Assembly: GCA_029263235.1 (NCBI GenBank)
Contig: JAJCXW010000013.1
Location: 1 to 55,716, forward strand
Origin: Acidimicrobiales bacterium
GTDB taxonomy: Bacteria > Actinomycetota > Acidimicrobiia > Acidimicrobiales > Aldehydirespiratoraceae
Direction: 5' to 3'
Length of the DNA: 55,716 bases
Translations under genes and position numbers: made by a program
Notes under the pieces: generated by a model
Told to the model about the DNA's origin: nothing
Databases searched by the model: none
What the model saw: only the letters and a program-made list of their open reading frames with translations
Shown: positions 30,858 through 41,164 of the stretch, one piece after another
Layout: each line of letters begins with the position of its first letter
Position numbering within the stretch: position 1 is the stretch's first letter

Positions 30858-31316
30858 TCAGTCCTCGCCGATGTCCTCGTTCCAGAGTTCGGGCTGTGCC
30901 GCGATGAATTCGCTCATCAGTCCGACACACGTCGGGTCGTCGACCACCACGACCTCAACCCCACGCTCGGTCAACAAGTCCTCGCCCCCGACAAAGGTGG
31001 TGTTCTCCCCGATCACGACCCGGGGAATGCCGTAGAGAAGGGCAGCACCGGTGCACATGTCGCACGGCGACAGCGTGGTGTAGAGAGTTGAACGGCGGTA
31101 GTCCGAGGCAGAAAGTCGTCCGGCATTCTCCAGACAGTCCATCTCGGCATGAAGCACCACGCTCCCCTGTTGGACTCGCCTGTTGTGGCCACGGCCCACG
31201 ATCTCGCCGTCGATGACCAACGCCGAACCAATGGGAACGCCGCCCTCTCTGAGCCCAGTGTTGGCCTCCATCACCGCGGCTTCGAGACCCATCCGATCAT
31301 CGATGTTTTCCACCAT
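30858..31316 (-). CDS. Cytosine deaminase, yeast FCY1-like (CDA fold)
   Basis: GRGHN, HAE, LYTTLSPCDMC and C-terminal WNEDIGE. Start 31316 has TACGAT 6 nt upstream. Confidence 0.85.
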   Translation of the reverse strand: MVENIDDRMGLEAAVMEANTGLREGGVPIGSALVIDGEIVGRGHNRRVQQGSVVLHAEMDCLENAGRLSASDYRRSTLYTTLSPCDMCTGAALLYGIPRVVIGENTTFVGGEDLLTERGVEVVVVDDPTCVGLMSEFIAAQPELWNEDIGED

Positions 31317-31416
31317 GGACCGATCGTAGGCCACTCGGCAATCTTGACCGAGCCGCCGTTCCGACTATGTTCGTTCACGTTCCGGCCGCCGGGGGCGGCC
31401 CCAACGAGGGGGATAC

Positions 31417-32853
31417 ATGAACCAGTCGGGCCACCGATCGCGACATTCCAGCCGCTGGCTGATCGGTGTCGTCGCCGCCTTCGCCCTTCTGGGTGCAGCC
31501 TGCGGATCCAGCAACGACTCTGCGGTGACAGCCGGGCCGTCCAGCACCACTACCGCCGCGCCAACCACGACATCAGCAACGACCACTGATGCCACCACCA
31601 CCGCAGCGCCGGCAACCACACCTGCCCCAACCGACGAGCCCCGCACGGCCAGCTTCAAGGGCATCACCGAAGACACCATCAAGATCGCAGTGTCGTACCT
31701 CGACTTCGACAAACTCCAGGAACTCAACCTCTCGCCCAACGGCTGGGGGGATCAAGAACTTGTCTACCGAACCCTGATCGACGACCTCAACGCCCAGGGC
31801 GGAATCAACGGGCGCCAGATCGAAGTCGTCGCCTACGAGTCCTACAGCCCCATCGATCCGGTGGAGGCCGACGAGGTCTGCGTTCGAATGACCCAGGATC
31901 ACGACGTCTTTCTCGTGCTCGGTGGCTTCCTCGGCCCGACCGACAAGGTCAACCCCTGCATCGTGACCCTCAACGACACCGCGTTGGTGGGCGGCGCCCT
32001 CAAGCCCGAGGCCGTCGCCGATGCCACCGCACCGTGGTTCGACTTCCGGCCTGAGGAAGCATCCCAGGCCCGAGCCATGATCGACCTTCTCGATCAGACC
32101 GGACGAGCCGCTGATGCCGAGGTGTTCATCCTCACTCTCACCGGAGCAGAAGCTCTCGCTGACGACGTGCTCGAACCTCGACTCGACGAACTCGGCATCT
32201 CCGTGGCCGGCTCGGCGATCCTGAGCGTTCCCGATGGCGACCCGGCCGCCCAAGACGATGCCATGCAGCCGATCATCGCTCGCCTCCAGGCCAGCGGGGC
32301 CAACACGATCCTTCTTCCTGGCGGTGTGTCTGCAGTTCTCCGCAATCTGCTGGCTGCCGACATCTTCGACGAGTACGACATCTGGGCATTCGCCAACGAC
32401 CATCTCGCCAACATGGGAGAGTCCGTCGACCAGACCAAGGTCGGTGGCGTCATAACGATCGGCCGGCTTTCCGCGACCGAGACCTTCAACGACCCCTCGA
32501 TGGTGCAATGTCGCGCCGTATTCAACGAGGCCAACCCCGGTGTGGATGTCAAGCCGCCCGACGAGGTGCTCGAGGGCGAAGACGCTTGGTATCAGTCGCT
32601 GGGTTCGTATTGCTCGAGAGTGGCACTCATGAAGGAACTCCTGACCGCAGCCGGGGTCAATCCCACCTACGACACCTTGCAGGCCGGAGCCGACTCGATC
32701 GGAGAGTTCACGATGCCGGGGGTACCCAACGCGTCGCTGTCGCCCGGCAAGCTCGGGGCCGACGATTCGTTCCGCCTATCCGTCTGGGACCCGACTGCTG
32801 GCGAACGGGGCGACATCGTGCCGCTCACTGAGATCATCGACGCCACTCCCTGA
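31417..32853 (+). CDS. Type-1 (LIV-like) periplasmic substrate-binding lipoprotein, orphan
   Basis: Lipobox LGAAC, Thr-rich linker, GITEDTIKI, LNAQGGINGRQIE. Confidence 0.75.
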   Translation: MNQSGHRSRHSSRWLIGVVAAFALLGAACGSSNDSAVTAGPSSTTTAAPTTTSATTTDATTTAAPATTPAPTDEPRTASFKGITEDTIKIAVSYLDFDKLQELNLSPNGWGDQELVYRTLIDDLNAQGGINGRQIEVVAYESYSPIDPVEADEVCVRMTQDHDVFLVLGGFLGPTDKVNPCIVTLNDTALVGGALKPEAVADATAPWFDFRPEEASQARAMIDLLDQTGRAADAEVFILTLTGAEALADDVLEPRLDELGISVAGSAILSVPDGDPAAQDDAMQPIIARLQASGANTILLPGGVSAVLRNLLAADIFDEYDIWAFANDHLANMGESVDQTKVGGVITIGRLSATETFNDPSMVQCRAVFNEANPGVDVKPPDEVLEGEDAWYQSLGSYCSRVALMKELLTAAGVNPTYDTLQAGADSIGEFTMPGVPNASLSPGKLGADDSFRLSVWDPTAGERGDIVPLTEIIDATP

Positions 32854-32926
32854 CCCCGTCAGCGAACCTCGAGCGACGATCAGCGGGCCAGTCAAGTAGG
32901 CCCACAAGACTGCCGAAGTACCCTGC

Positions 32927-34570
32927 GTGGGAACATCTCGGTCGAGGCTGCGCGCCGCCATCACAGCCGGAGCGCTGATTGCTCCGTTGTTGGTCATCGT
33001 CGATCCCGTGCCGGTGGCCGCAGTCGACACACCGGCCGAGTGGATCGACACCAGCGATCGAGCAGCCGTCCTCGACGCCTATCGACTCGAGTTCGAACGC
33101 ACCGAACCTGAACCTGAATTCACCGGCGACGTATCCACCTGCAACGCCGGAACCACGAGTGCCGAGTTCCGCCAGAGCGTCGTTCAGCGGATCAACTGGT
33201 ACCGCCGAATGGCCGGACTGAATGTGGTGACCGATCGAGCCGACTACAACTCCGCCGCCCAGCAATCCGCTTTGATGATGGCCGCTCAGGGCTCTCTCTC
33301 CCATACCCCGGGCGCATCTTGGGCCTGCTTCACCCCCGACGGAGACACAGCGGCATCGAAGAGCAACCTCGCTCTCGGCACCTACGGAATCAGAGCAATC
33401 GACGCCTACGTGCAGGACTCGGGCGCCAACAACCTCGAAATGGGACACCGCCGAACGCTCCTCTACCCACAGTTGCAGGAAGTCGGCAGCGGTGACGTTC
33501 CGTCTGGCCCCGGCAACTGGGCCTCCAACACCTTGCGCGTCTTCGACGACAACCTCTGGGGGCCCCGACCGACCGTCCGCCAACCCGAGGGATTCGTCGC
33601 CTGGCCACCTTCGGGATACGTGCCCCCTCAAGCCGTGTGGGGTCGTTGGACGTTCTCGATCTTCGGTGGTGACTTCACCAACGCAACCGTCTCGGTGAAC
33701 GACGCCTTCGGTCCGATCCAGACATCGATCCTGGCCCGGCGGCAGTCTTCGAGTCCGACCGGACGAATTGCTCCCGAACCGTCGATCGTCTGGTCGATCG
33801 GTGCTGACAACGGCTCGGCACTCATGTCTACCCCGACCAACGGTGACAGGTGCTACGACGTCAGAGTCTCGGGGGTGACGGTCGGGGGAGCACTGCAATC
33901 CGACTACGTCTACACGAGCTGTGTGATCGACCCCACGTTCGTGATCGCTTCAGTCGGGCCGGGCTCACCCCAGGCACCCTGCACCCCGGTGACGTTCACC
34001 ACTTGGACAACTCCGTGCTGGAATCCTGTCGCGGGGAACTCCAGCTTCGTCGACGTGGTGCGAGCCTGGCAGAGACAGCCGGTCCGCTGGCTGCTGGACA
34101 ACGGGATCACATCCGGTGTGTCCATCGGGAGATTCGAACCCGAAGCGACCCTGACCCGAGCCCAGGCCGCCACCATGATCTGGCGTCTGGCCGGATCACC
34201 CACCCCACCCAAAAACGCACCGGCCTTCCAGGACGTTCCAACCGGAAGCTGGTTCCATGACTCGATCGCATGGATGGCAGCCAACAACATCACCATGGGC
34301 ACCGGGGCCGGACGATTCTCGCCGAATGCCCCGGCCTCCCGCGCCGAGATGGTCACCTTTCTCTGGCGACTCGTCGACTCCCCTGACACCGCCGGCGCCC
34401 TGCCGTTCGGTGATCTGACCGCGTCTTGGCAACACGACTCGGTGATGTGGGCCGCCGATGTCGGTGTCACCGCGGGGACCAGCGACACCACGTTCAGTCC
34501 GAATCGGCCGGTGACTCGGGGCGAATCCGCCGCACTGCTCTCTCGATTCGCCACAGCAGTCACTGCCTGA
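32927..34570 (+). CDS. Secreted CAP/SCP domain protein with three SLH domains
   Basis: RINWYRRMAGL, LSH.P, GHRRTLL; SLH repeats (FEPEATLTRAQAA, FSPNAPASRAEMV, FSPNRPVTRGESA). Confidence 0.85.
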   Translation: MGTSRSRLRAAITAGALIAPLLVIVDPVPVAAVDTPAEWIDTSDRAAVLDAYRLEFERTEPEPEFTGDVSTCNAGTTSAEFRQSVVQRINWYRRMAGLNVVTDRADYNSAAQQSALMMAAQGSLSHTPGASWACFTPDGDTAASKSNLALGTYGIRAIDAYVQDSGANNLEMGHRRTLLYPQLQEVGSGDVPSGPGNWASNTLRVFDDNLWGPRPTVRQPEGFVAWPPSGYVPPQAVWGRWTFSIFGGDFTNATVSVNDAFGPIQTSILARRQSSSPTGRIAPEPSIVWSIGADNGSALMSTPTNGDRCYDVRVSGVTVGGALQSDYVYTSCVIDPTFVIASVGPGSPQAPCTPVTFTTWTTPCWNPVAGNSSFVDVVRAWQRQPVRWLLDNGITSGVSIGRFEPEATLTRAQAATMIWRLAGSPTPPKNAPAFQDVPTGSWFHDSIAWMAANNITMGTGAGRFSPNAPASRAEMVTFLWRLVDSPDTAGALPFGDLTASWQHDSVMWAADVGVTAGTSDTTFSPNRPVTRGESAALLSRFATAVTA

Positions 34571-34638
34571 ACAGAAAGTCCGGATCGGGCGAACCGTTCG
34601 GAGGGTCAGTCTCGATAGGGGAACCAGAGGAGGTTCTC

Positions 34639-35667
34639 ATGTCGATCCAGAACCCCGAATCGAAACTTCCCCCGCCCCCGATCTCCAGCCTGGCTCCACC
34701 GCCAGGCTCGAGCCTCACCCCACCGCGACCCGTACACGGTCGTCGGTCCCCGGGGCTGATCAGATGGATCCACGTTCTGGCGCTGGCAACGATCATCCCT
34801 GCGGGTGCTGTGCTCGGCTACGGCGGGGCCGTTGGTGTGATCATTCTGTTTGTCATCATCGTCCCGTTCGAGAAGATGTTCCGGCGCCACGATCAGCCGA
34901 TTCGCCGACCCGGCCTTCGGACCGACCTCACCTACGCTCTGGTCAACACCCCTTTGACGGCGTTTGGCACGGTGGTGGCCATAGCCATAGCCCTGGTGAT
35001 GTTCCCCATCTACTTGCCGGCGCTCCTGTTTCGGCCACTCGTGACACTCCAACCGGGTTGGCTGATGGCTCTGGAGGGAGTGTTGCTGGCCGACATCGCC
35101 ATCTACTGGGCCCACCGACTCCATCACGAGATCGGCTTCCTGTGGCGATTCCATTCGGTTCACCACTCCAGCGAACGGATGGACTGGATCGCCGGGATCC
35201 GCCAGCATCCGTTCGATGGCTTCATCATCATCGGGCCGGTTGTCTTCCTGATCATCGCCGGATTTCAGGTGGAGGTGGTCGGGGCGTTCGCCGTCGTCCA
35301 GACCATTCTCGGCTTGGCCGCCCATGCCAACGTCAGGTGGAGACTCCGCCCCTTCCACCGGATCGTGATGACCCCGGAGTTCCATCATTGGCATCACGCC
35401 AACCACCCCGACGCTATCCACACCAACTACTCGGTGTTCCTGCCGGTGTGGGACATCATCTGGGGCACCTATCGCATGCCCACCGACGAACGGCCGCAGC
35501 GCTACGGCATGGATGATCCGATATCGCCGAACGTGCCGGGGCAGATGCTCCACCCCTTCACCAAGGAGAGCCGAGAGCGATATCCGCTCCCGCCCAGAGC
35601 CCAGCGCGTGGTCGCGAGACTCGGCCGATTCGTGCCCTTCCGCAGACGGGCGGCTCGGGCTTCCTAG
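34639..35667 (+). CDS. Sterol desaturase / fatty acid hydroxylase superfamily protein
   Basis: His boxes YWAHRLHH, FHSVHHS, HAN, HHWHH. AGGAGG upstream of ATG 34639. Confidence 0.88.
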   Translation: MSIQNPESKLPPPPISSLAPPPGSSLTPPRPVHGRRSPGLIRWIHVLALATIIPAGAVLGYGGAVGVIILFVIIVPFEKMFRRHDQPIRRPGLRTDLTYALVNTPLTAFGTVVAIAIALVMFPIYLPALLFRPLVTLQPGWLMALEGVLLADIAIYWAHRLHHEIGFLWRFHSVHHSSERMDWIAGIRQHPFDGFIIIGPVVFLIIAGFQVEVVGAFAVVQTILGLAAHANVRWRLRPFHRIVMTPEFHHWHHANHPDAIHTNYSVFLPVWDIIWGTYRMPTDERPQRYGMDDPISPNVPGQMLHPFTKESRERYPLPPRAQRVVARLGRFVPFRRRAARAS

Positions 35668-35668
35668 C

Positions 35669-36211
35669 ATGACCCTCGTGTCAGACGCTCCAACAGCAAC
35701 CGACGACGTCGAACTCGTTCGACTCATCGGTACCGGTGACCGCGACGCCCTGTCCGCTCTCTATGGCAGGCACGCCGGCTGGCTCACCGTGCGGCTCAGC
35801 CGCCGATGCGGCGATCCCGACACGATCGACACCGCGCTCCAGGACACCTTCCTGGCGGTATGGAAGCAAGCATCGGGCTACCGGCCGACAGGAGAGGTGG
35901 GCGCATGGATGTGGACCATCGCCCTACGGCGCCTGATCGACCAGATGCGGAAGCGGCCGCCGCCCGAACCAACCAAAGACATCGAACCCATGGCGGCGGT
36001 GATCGCCGAAGAGGTCCCACTGGCGCTGGGCCACACCGACATGGGAGCGGCATTCGCTTCGCTGGAACCACAGCTCCAGGCCGTGATGGCCGCCACCGCC
36101 CTCGACGGGCTCACCAACAGCGACGCTGCCGCCCTTCTGGGCGTGCCGGTCGGAACAGTCAAGTCGCGGCTCTCACGAGCCCGCGAACTGCTCAGGGAGG
36201 CTCTGCAATGA
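35669..36211 (+). CDS. ECF RNA polymerase sigma factor
   Basis: LQDTFLAVW, WMWTIALRRLID, GVPVGTVKSRLSRAR. Confidence 0.9.
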   Translation: MTLVSDAPTATDDVELVRLIGTGDRDALSALYGRHAGWLTVRLSRRCGDPDTIDTALQDTFLAVWKQASGYRPTGEVGAWMWTIALRRLIDQMRKRPPPEPTKDIEPMAAVIAEEVPLALGHTDMGAAFASLEPQLQAVMAATALDGLTNSDAAALLGVPVGTVKSRLSRARELLREALQ

Positions 36212-36996
36212 GCACAATCCAAGAAGTAGAGGCAGCCCTGGGTCGAGCCGGCCAGCAGCCACGCTTCCTCACCGGGTCCGGCTCTGGCCCCGACCATTCC
36301 GCTCGCATGGAGGCCAACTTCGCGGCGATATCAGCCGAGATCGACGCCCCGCGCCAAGGGTGGTTGGCGAGAATCCTCAAACGCCTCGGTGCCGACGACC
36401 GCATTGTTCCTCTGGTCACCGCCACACCAGCCCTTCGTCGATCCTGGCTCGCCGCGGTTGCCGTGGCTCTGCTCTTCGCCCTCAACGCTGCCTCGGGCAG
36501 CGCCGCCGAGGGCACCGACAGAATCGTCATCTTCCTCACGATCGCCCCTCTGGTGCCACTGCTGGGCGTGGCTCTCGCCTTCGGCCCGGCGGTCGACCCG
36601 ACCCATGAAGTGGCGGTGGCCGCACCGATGGACGGCTTCCGGCTGTTCCTCGTGAGAGCGGTGACCGTGTTCGTGGCCAGCACCGGAATCCTTCTCATCG
36701 GGTCATTGCTCGTCCCCACCGGCGGGGCCGCACGAATCGGCTGGCTACTCCCGGCCATAGCCACCACTGTCGTCGCCATGGCGGCAACCACCCGAGTCGA
36801 TGCCCGTGCCGCAGCCGGCGCGGTGGCCGCAGCATGGGTGGTGCTGGTGGTCGTCGTCTCGCAGATCACCGACCCTGGCGCCATGTTCGGTCCGATCACC
36901 CAGGTCACTTCGGTAGCGGTCGCATCCGGCGCCATAGGCGTGTTTCTCAAGAGGCGCCGCCAGCTCGACGAGCTCTCGGTCAGAGGCAATCGATGA
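36208..36996 (+). CDS. Multi-pass membrane protein, putative anti-sigma or permease
   Basis: ATGA overlap with the sigma gene. ATPALRRSW, APLVPLLGVALAFGP..DP.HE; about 5-6 TM helices. Confidence 0.7.
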   Translation: MSTIQEVEAALGRAGQQPRFLTGSGSGPDHSARMEANFAAISAEIDAPRQGWLARILKRLGADDRIVPLVTATPALRRSWLAAVAVALLFALNAASGSAAEGTDRIVIFLTIAPLVPLLGVALAFGPAVDPTHEVAVAAPMDGFRLFLVRAVTVFVASTGILLIGSLLVPTGGAARIGWLLPAIATTVVAMAATTRVDARAAAGAVAAAWVVLVVVVSQITDPGAMFGPITQVTSVAVASGAIGVFLKRRRQLDELSVRGNR

Positions 36997-37838
36997 CCGT
37001 CCCGACCATTTCCGTTGATCGGCTCAGCCATCAATACGGCCAGCAGATCGCTCTCGACGTCGACCGGCTCGTGACCGGACCCGGGGCGACAGCGGTGCTC
37101 GGCCCCAACGGATCGGGCAAGACCACCCTCCTGCAGCTCCTAGCCACTCTGATGGTGGCGCAATCGGGATCGATTCGTGTGGACGGCCTCGACCCGTCGT
37201 CCCCGCTCGAACGAACCGCCATCAGGCGGCGGCTCGGCTACGTCGCTCAGCACGACGGCCTACCCGATCGCATGAAGGTCGCTGAATACTGCGACTACGT
37301 CGCCGCTCTCAAGGAGATCGGACCGGAGCGACTTAGACGGAGATGGATTGCTTGGGCCCTCGACCGGGTCGGCCTGAGCGATGTTGCCACCGACCGGATT
37401 CGTACTCTCAGTGGAGGAACGAAGCGGCGCCTGTCGATCGCCCAAGCCCTTCTCGGCGGACCCGACGTGATGATTCTCGACGAACCGCTGGCCTCGCTCG
37501 ATGCCGAACAGCGAGGTGAGATCACCCGACTGATCGCCCAGACCGCCTCGGAGGCCAACATCGTCGTGGCGACTCACCACCCTGATGAGCTCGCTTCGAT
37601 CTGCGGGCAGGTCGTCGTTCTCGACCACGGCGTGGTTGCGTTCGTTGGATCTCCCGGCGAGCTGGCGGCCCGAGCCGAGGGCCGGGTCTGGGAAACCGCT
37701 GTACCGGACCCCAACGCCACCTGCCGGGCCGTCGGCCCCGACCGGTTCCATTGCGTGGGCGATTTCGTGCCATCCGGTGCCGCCAAGGCCACCCCGACGG
37801 TCGCCGATGGCTACCTGGTTCTGGTGCGCCACCGCTGA
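36993..37838 (+). CDS. ABC transporter ATP-binding protein (exporter type)
   Basis: GPNGSGKTT, LSGG, ILDEP, ATH. ATGA overlap with the upstream gene. Confidence 0.9.
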   Translation: MTVPTISVDRLSHQYGQQIALDVDRLVTGPGATAVLGPNGSGKTTLLQLLATLMVAQSGSIRVDGLDPSSPLERTAIRRRLGYVAQHDGLPDRMKVAEYCDYVAALKEIGPERLRRRWIAWALDRVGLSDVATDRIRTLSGGTKRRLSIAQALLGGPDVMILDEPLASLDAEQRGEITRLIAQTASEANIVVATHHPDELASICGQVVVLDHGVVAFVGSPGELAARAEGRVWETAVPDPNATCRAVGPDRFHCVGDFVPSGAAKATPTVADGYLVLVRHR

Positions 37839-37857
37839 CGCAACAGGCCGAGGGCCG

Positions 37858-39096
37858 TCAATCAGATCGTCTGACCTCGAGCGCCATCTGGTTGGTCTCA
37901 CCCACGGTCACGACCAGCAACAGCACGCCCACAGCCAGGACCACGGCCAAGGCCACCGCCGACGGGCCGAGACCGAATGCATCAGCCGACCATCCGACGA
38001 TGAGGGGGCCAAGGATGCGGCCGACGTTGGCCATCAGATTGAATCCTGCGATGAACGGCCCGGTCGCGTCGGTGGGGGCCAGATCGGCTCCGAGCGTGAG
38101 CAGTGCCCCTGCGCTCATTCCGTTGCCCACACCCATCACGATTCCGGCCAGCACCGCGGCGGTCGCCGAGTCGGCTGCTCCGAGCAACAGCAGTCCGGTG
38201 GCCATGAGAGTGAAGGCCGGGACGATCGCCCGTAGCCGGCCGAACCGGTCCATCACATAGCCGGCCAGCGGGAACAGCAACACATCGGCACCGGTGCCCA
38301 CGGCAACGAGTGCCCCGACCGCGATCGGGCTCAGACCCAGCGAGTCACCTATCAACGGAACCACCACATGGCGGCCGTCGCGTGCCGCCATGACCAGCAT
38401 CGGGCCGAGGCCCGTGGTCAGGAGACGGCGACGATGGGTGGATAGCTCGGTCCACATCGACGATTCCACGATCGGTTCGTCTTGGATCTCTCTCGGTCGG
38501 CCCTTGTGGTGAACCAACAGTGCCAGCAGACCGCTGAGGGTCAGGACTCCGCTCAGGACGAACGCCGCCTCGAAGCCCCACACTTCGACCACGAGGCCAC
38601 CGAGCAGGGGACCTATCAGCACCGACATCCGGAATGTCCCGCCTGCCATCGACATGACCCGGCCGCGTAGCCCGATGTCGACCGTGCGGGCGATGAAGGT
38701 CTGACGTGATTGAGTGACCCCGATGATCCCCATGCCGTATACGAGCCGGAATGCCACCAGTCCGAGAACGGCGGTGGTCAGACCGAGAGCAGCAGCGGTG
38801 ATCGCCATCATGATCACCGACACGACCAGCAGTAGATCTTCGCCGCGTCGATGAGCGAGGGATCCCGCCGGGATGCCCCCGAGCACCGTTCCGGCGCCCG
38901 CCGCGGCCAGGACCACCGAGATGGCGCTGAAGCTCAGCCCGCCGTCGCGCAGGTAGAGGGGGAGCACCGGAAGAAGCACGCCCGTGCCCATGCCTGAGGC
39001 CAACCACGGTATGTAGACCGGAAGAGCCAGCCGTCGGACCGTGGGCCCGAGCGGAGGTACCGGACCAGCGACGTCGGGTTGAGGCGAGTCGTTCAC
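37858..39096 (-). CDS. MFS transporter
   Basis: About 12 TM helices; motif A-like G.VMDRFGR; GPLLGG. Confidence 0.88.
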   Translation of the reverse strand: MNDSPQPDVAGPVPPLGPTVRRLALPVYIPWLASGMGTGVLLPVLPLYLRDGGLSFSAISVVLAAAGAGTVLGGIPAGSLAHRRGEDLLLVVSVIMMAITAAALGLTTAVLGLVAFRLVYGMGIIGVTQSRQTFIARTVDIGLRGRVMSMAGGTFRMSVLIGPLLGGLVVEVWGFEAAFVLSGVLTLSGLLALLVHHKGRPREIQDEPIVESSMWTELSTHRRRLLTTGLGPMLVMAARDGRHVVVPLIGDSLGLSPIAVGALVAVGTGADVLLFPLAGYVMDRFGRLRAIVPAFTLMATGLLLLGAADSATAAVLAGIVMGVGNGMSAGALLTLGADLAPTDATGPFIAGFNLMANVGRILGPLIVGWSADAFGLGPSAVALAVVLAVGVLLLVVTVGETNQMALEVRRSD

Positions 39097-40097
39097 TCTG
39101 GGGATCGTGGCGCGACGAGAACAACCACGGTCCAGTCGAGAATCGGTGTGCCGTACTCAGGAGAGTTGTCGCGGTGGGCGAAGCCTTCCACTCGTACGGC
39201 CAGCAGCCCGGCGGAGGGGGTCTCGACCGAATCCATGAGCGTGTGTCGGAACGACAGGAGATCGCCTTCGAAAGCCGGCCCTGAGTGGTTGCATTCGTGC
39301 CAGCCGAGAACGGTGGCCATGTTCGGCACCACCCGGCTCAGTGAGGCCTGCGCCAGCCCCACGACGTGGCCTCCGTAGACGAGCCTCTCGGGGTAGGGAG
39401 CCTCGGAAACGTCGCGGTGGATCATCGCCAGATTGTGAGTGAGTCGGACCAGTGAGGTGGCGCCGTCTATCACGTCGCGGGTGGGGTCGAGGACCGACTC
39501 GCCAACCTCCCACGGCGCCGGTTTGCCGAGCAGGCCGAGCTTCCACTCGGGTGGGATGATCTCGACGAACAACTCCAGGTCGAGTGGCCCGAAGCCGCCC
39601 AGGTCGTCGACGTGTCCCGGCAGGTCCGGTCCGGCCATCGGAAGCATCGGGCAGCGTTGGTATGTCGCCACGGGTTCGCCGTCGGCCGCAGTGGCGATGT
39701 CGACCAGGACCTTGCCCCGGTGGGCTCGCCCCGGCTTCGGGCTCGAATCGGCCAGCGCCGACACGACGACGGCCGTTTCAACCGTGTCGCCCACGAATAC
39801 CGGGCTGGGCAGCCGGACGTTGCGGTAGAAGAGGTTGGCGACCGCCCGCCGACTGATGGTGGTGCTCTGGCCAATCGACATCTGCATCACGAGCCCGGGG
39901 CTGACCAGCAGCCGATCGGATCCGGTCACCGCTCGACAGAGCTCGATGTCGAGGCAGAGCACCAGGCGCTCCCCCACGATCGCCTGGTGGAGTGCGGTCA
40001 CCCCGCTGTCGAGGGTGACCGCCGGTTGACGAGGTAGCCGCTGGCCCACGCTGAGGTCGTCGTAGAAGGGTCCATCGAGCGGGATGACGTCGGGCAC
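39093..40097 (-). CDS. MaoC-family double hot-dog acyl-CoA dehydratase
   Basis: GPFYDDLSVGQ, AVANLFY..PVFVGDT, HN.AMIH.D, RLVYGGH, H.GP.FEGD. Confidence 0.8.
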   Translation of the reverse strand: MPDVIPLDGPFYDDLSVGQRLPRQPAVTLDSGVTALHQAIVGERLVLCLDIELCRAVTGSDRLLVSPGLVMQMSIGQSTTISRRAVANLFYRNVRLPSPVFVGDTVETAVVVSALADSSPKPGRAHRGKVLVDIATAADGEPVATYQRCPMLPMAGPDLPGHVDDLGGFGPLDLELFVEIIPPEWKLGLLGKPAPWEVGESVLDPTRDVIDGATSLVRLTHNLAMIHRDVSEAPYPERLVYGGHVVGLAQASLSRVVPNMATVLGWHECNHSGPAFEGDLLSFRHTLMDSVETPSAGLLAVRVEGFAHRDNSPEYGTPILDWTVVVLVAPRSPE

Positions 40098-40203
40098 GGA
40101 ACGAAACTACTTCGGTGGTCGTCCCAGGGGTGTTCCGACGGCGGAAATGTACGTATCAATACCCCCTCGTTTAATCCCGACCAACTCAGTAGGGTTTCGA
40201 CTC

Positions 40204-40686
40204 ATGTTTGATCTGCTCCCCGCCCGAATCCCTTGGTACGTCGTCGGCCCCGGCCTCGGACTGCTGATCGTGGCCCTGTTCGCCATCGCCAACCAACCCC
40301 TCGGCGCCAGCGGTGCCTACATCCAGACCAGCGGCCTCCTGCGCCGAGGACGCGACGTGGCGGTCTGGCGAGTCTGGTACTTCGCCGGGATGATCGGGGG
40401 CGGACTACTCGTCACCCGCGTCCTCACCGCCGACGGACCCGGAGTCCGCTCCGGCTACGACAGCCTCCGCGACGCCTTCCCGCTCTGGGCCGTGGTGCCG
40501 CTGGTGTTCGGCGGAGCGACGATCCTCGGATACGGGGCCGGACTCGCCGGAGGATGCACCTCGGGCCACGGCCTGTGTGGCACCGCCCAACGTTCGCCCG
40601 CCAGCGCGACGGTGACCCTCACCTTCCTCAGCACCGCGATCGCCACGACATTCGCTCTGCACGTCGCCACAGGAGGCTCGCTGTGA
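40204..40686 (+). CDS. YeeE/YedE family sulfur-compound transporter subunit
   Basis: WYVVGP, LGASG, GYGAGLAGGCTSGHG. Confidence 0.85.
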   Translation: MFDLLPARIPWYVVGPGLGLLIVALFAIANQPLGASGAYIQTSGLLRRGRDVAVWRVWYFAGMIGGGLLVTRVLTADGPGVRSGYDSLRDAFPLWAVVPLVFGGATILGYGAGLAGGCTSGHGLCGTAQRSPASATVTLTFLSTAIATTFALHVATGGSL

Positions 40687-40688
40687 GA

Positions 40689-41135
40689 ATGAACACGATC
40701 GGCCTCACCATCGGAATCCTGTTCGGGGCACTGCTCGCGGGCGCCCAACTCCACGAGTACGACACCATCCACGCCATGCTCCGACTCCAAGAGGCCGACA
40801 TCTACTTCCTCATGGCCTCAGCGATCGCCGTGTCGGCACCGCTGCTCTGGCTTCTCGAACGCCGCAACCACCAGACTCCACTCGGCGGCCGCATCTCACT
40901 GTCTCGATCGATGCCCCAGCGCCATCATGTGAAGGGAGGCGCCCTGTTCGGTGTCGGCTGGGCGATCGCCGGCACCTGCCCGGCACCGGCATTGGTGATG
41001 CTGTCATCAGGAGCGTTTCTCGGCGTGATCGCCATGGCCGGAATCTTCCTGGGGTTGCATCTCAACACCACCAGGGCCAACCAGGCTGCCCCCAGCGGCG
41101 ACGGCGAACACCGAGAACTCGTCACGGTCGCCTGA
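40689..41135 (+). CDS. YeeE/YedE family (DUF6691-like) partner subunit
   Basis: GILFG, GGALFGVGWAIAGTCPAP. Confidence 0.85.
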   Translation: MNTIGLTIGILFGALLAGAQLHEYDTIHAMLRLQEADIYFLMASAIAVSAPLLWLLERRNHQTPLGGRISLSRSMPQRHHVKGGALFGVGWAIAGTCPAPALVMLSSGAFLGVIAMAGIFLGLHLNTTRANQAAPSGDGEHRELVTVA

Positions 41136-41164
41136 TCCGGCCCAGACGACTCAGGGGTCGGGAT

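Noticed and set aside
40150-40200. ATACCCCC upstream of the YeeE/YedE pair as a CsoR/CstR-type operator
   Set aside because: Only a half-site is present; the complementary GGGGTAT arm is missing and no such regulator is nearby.
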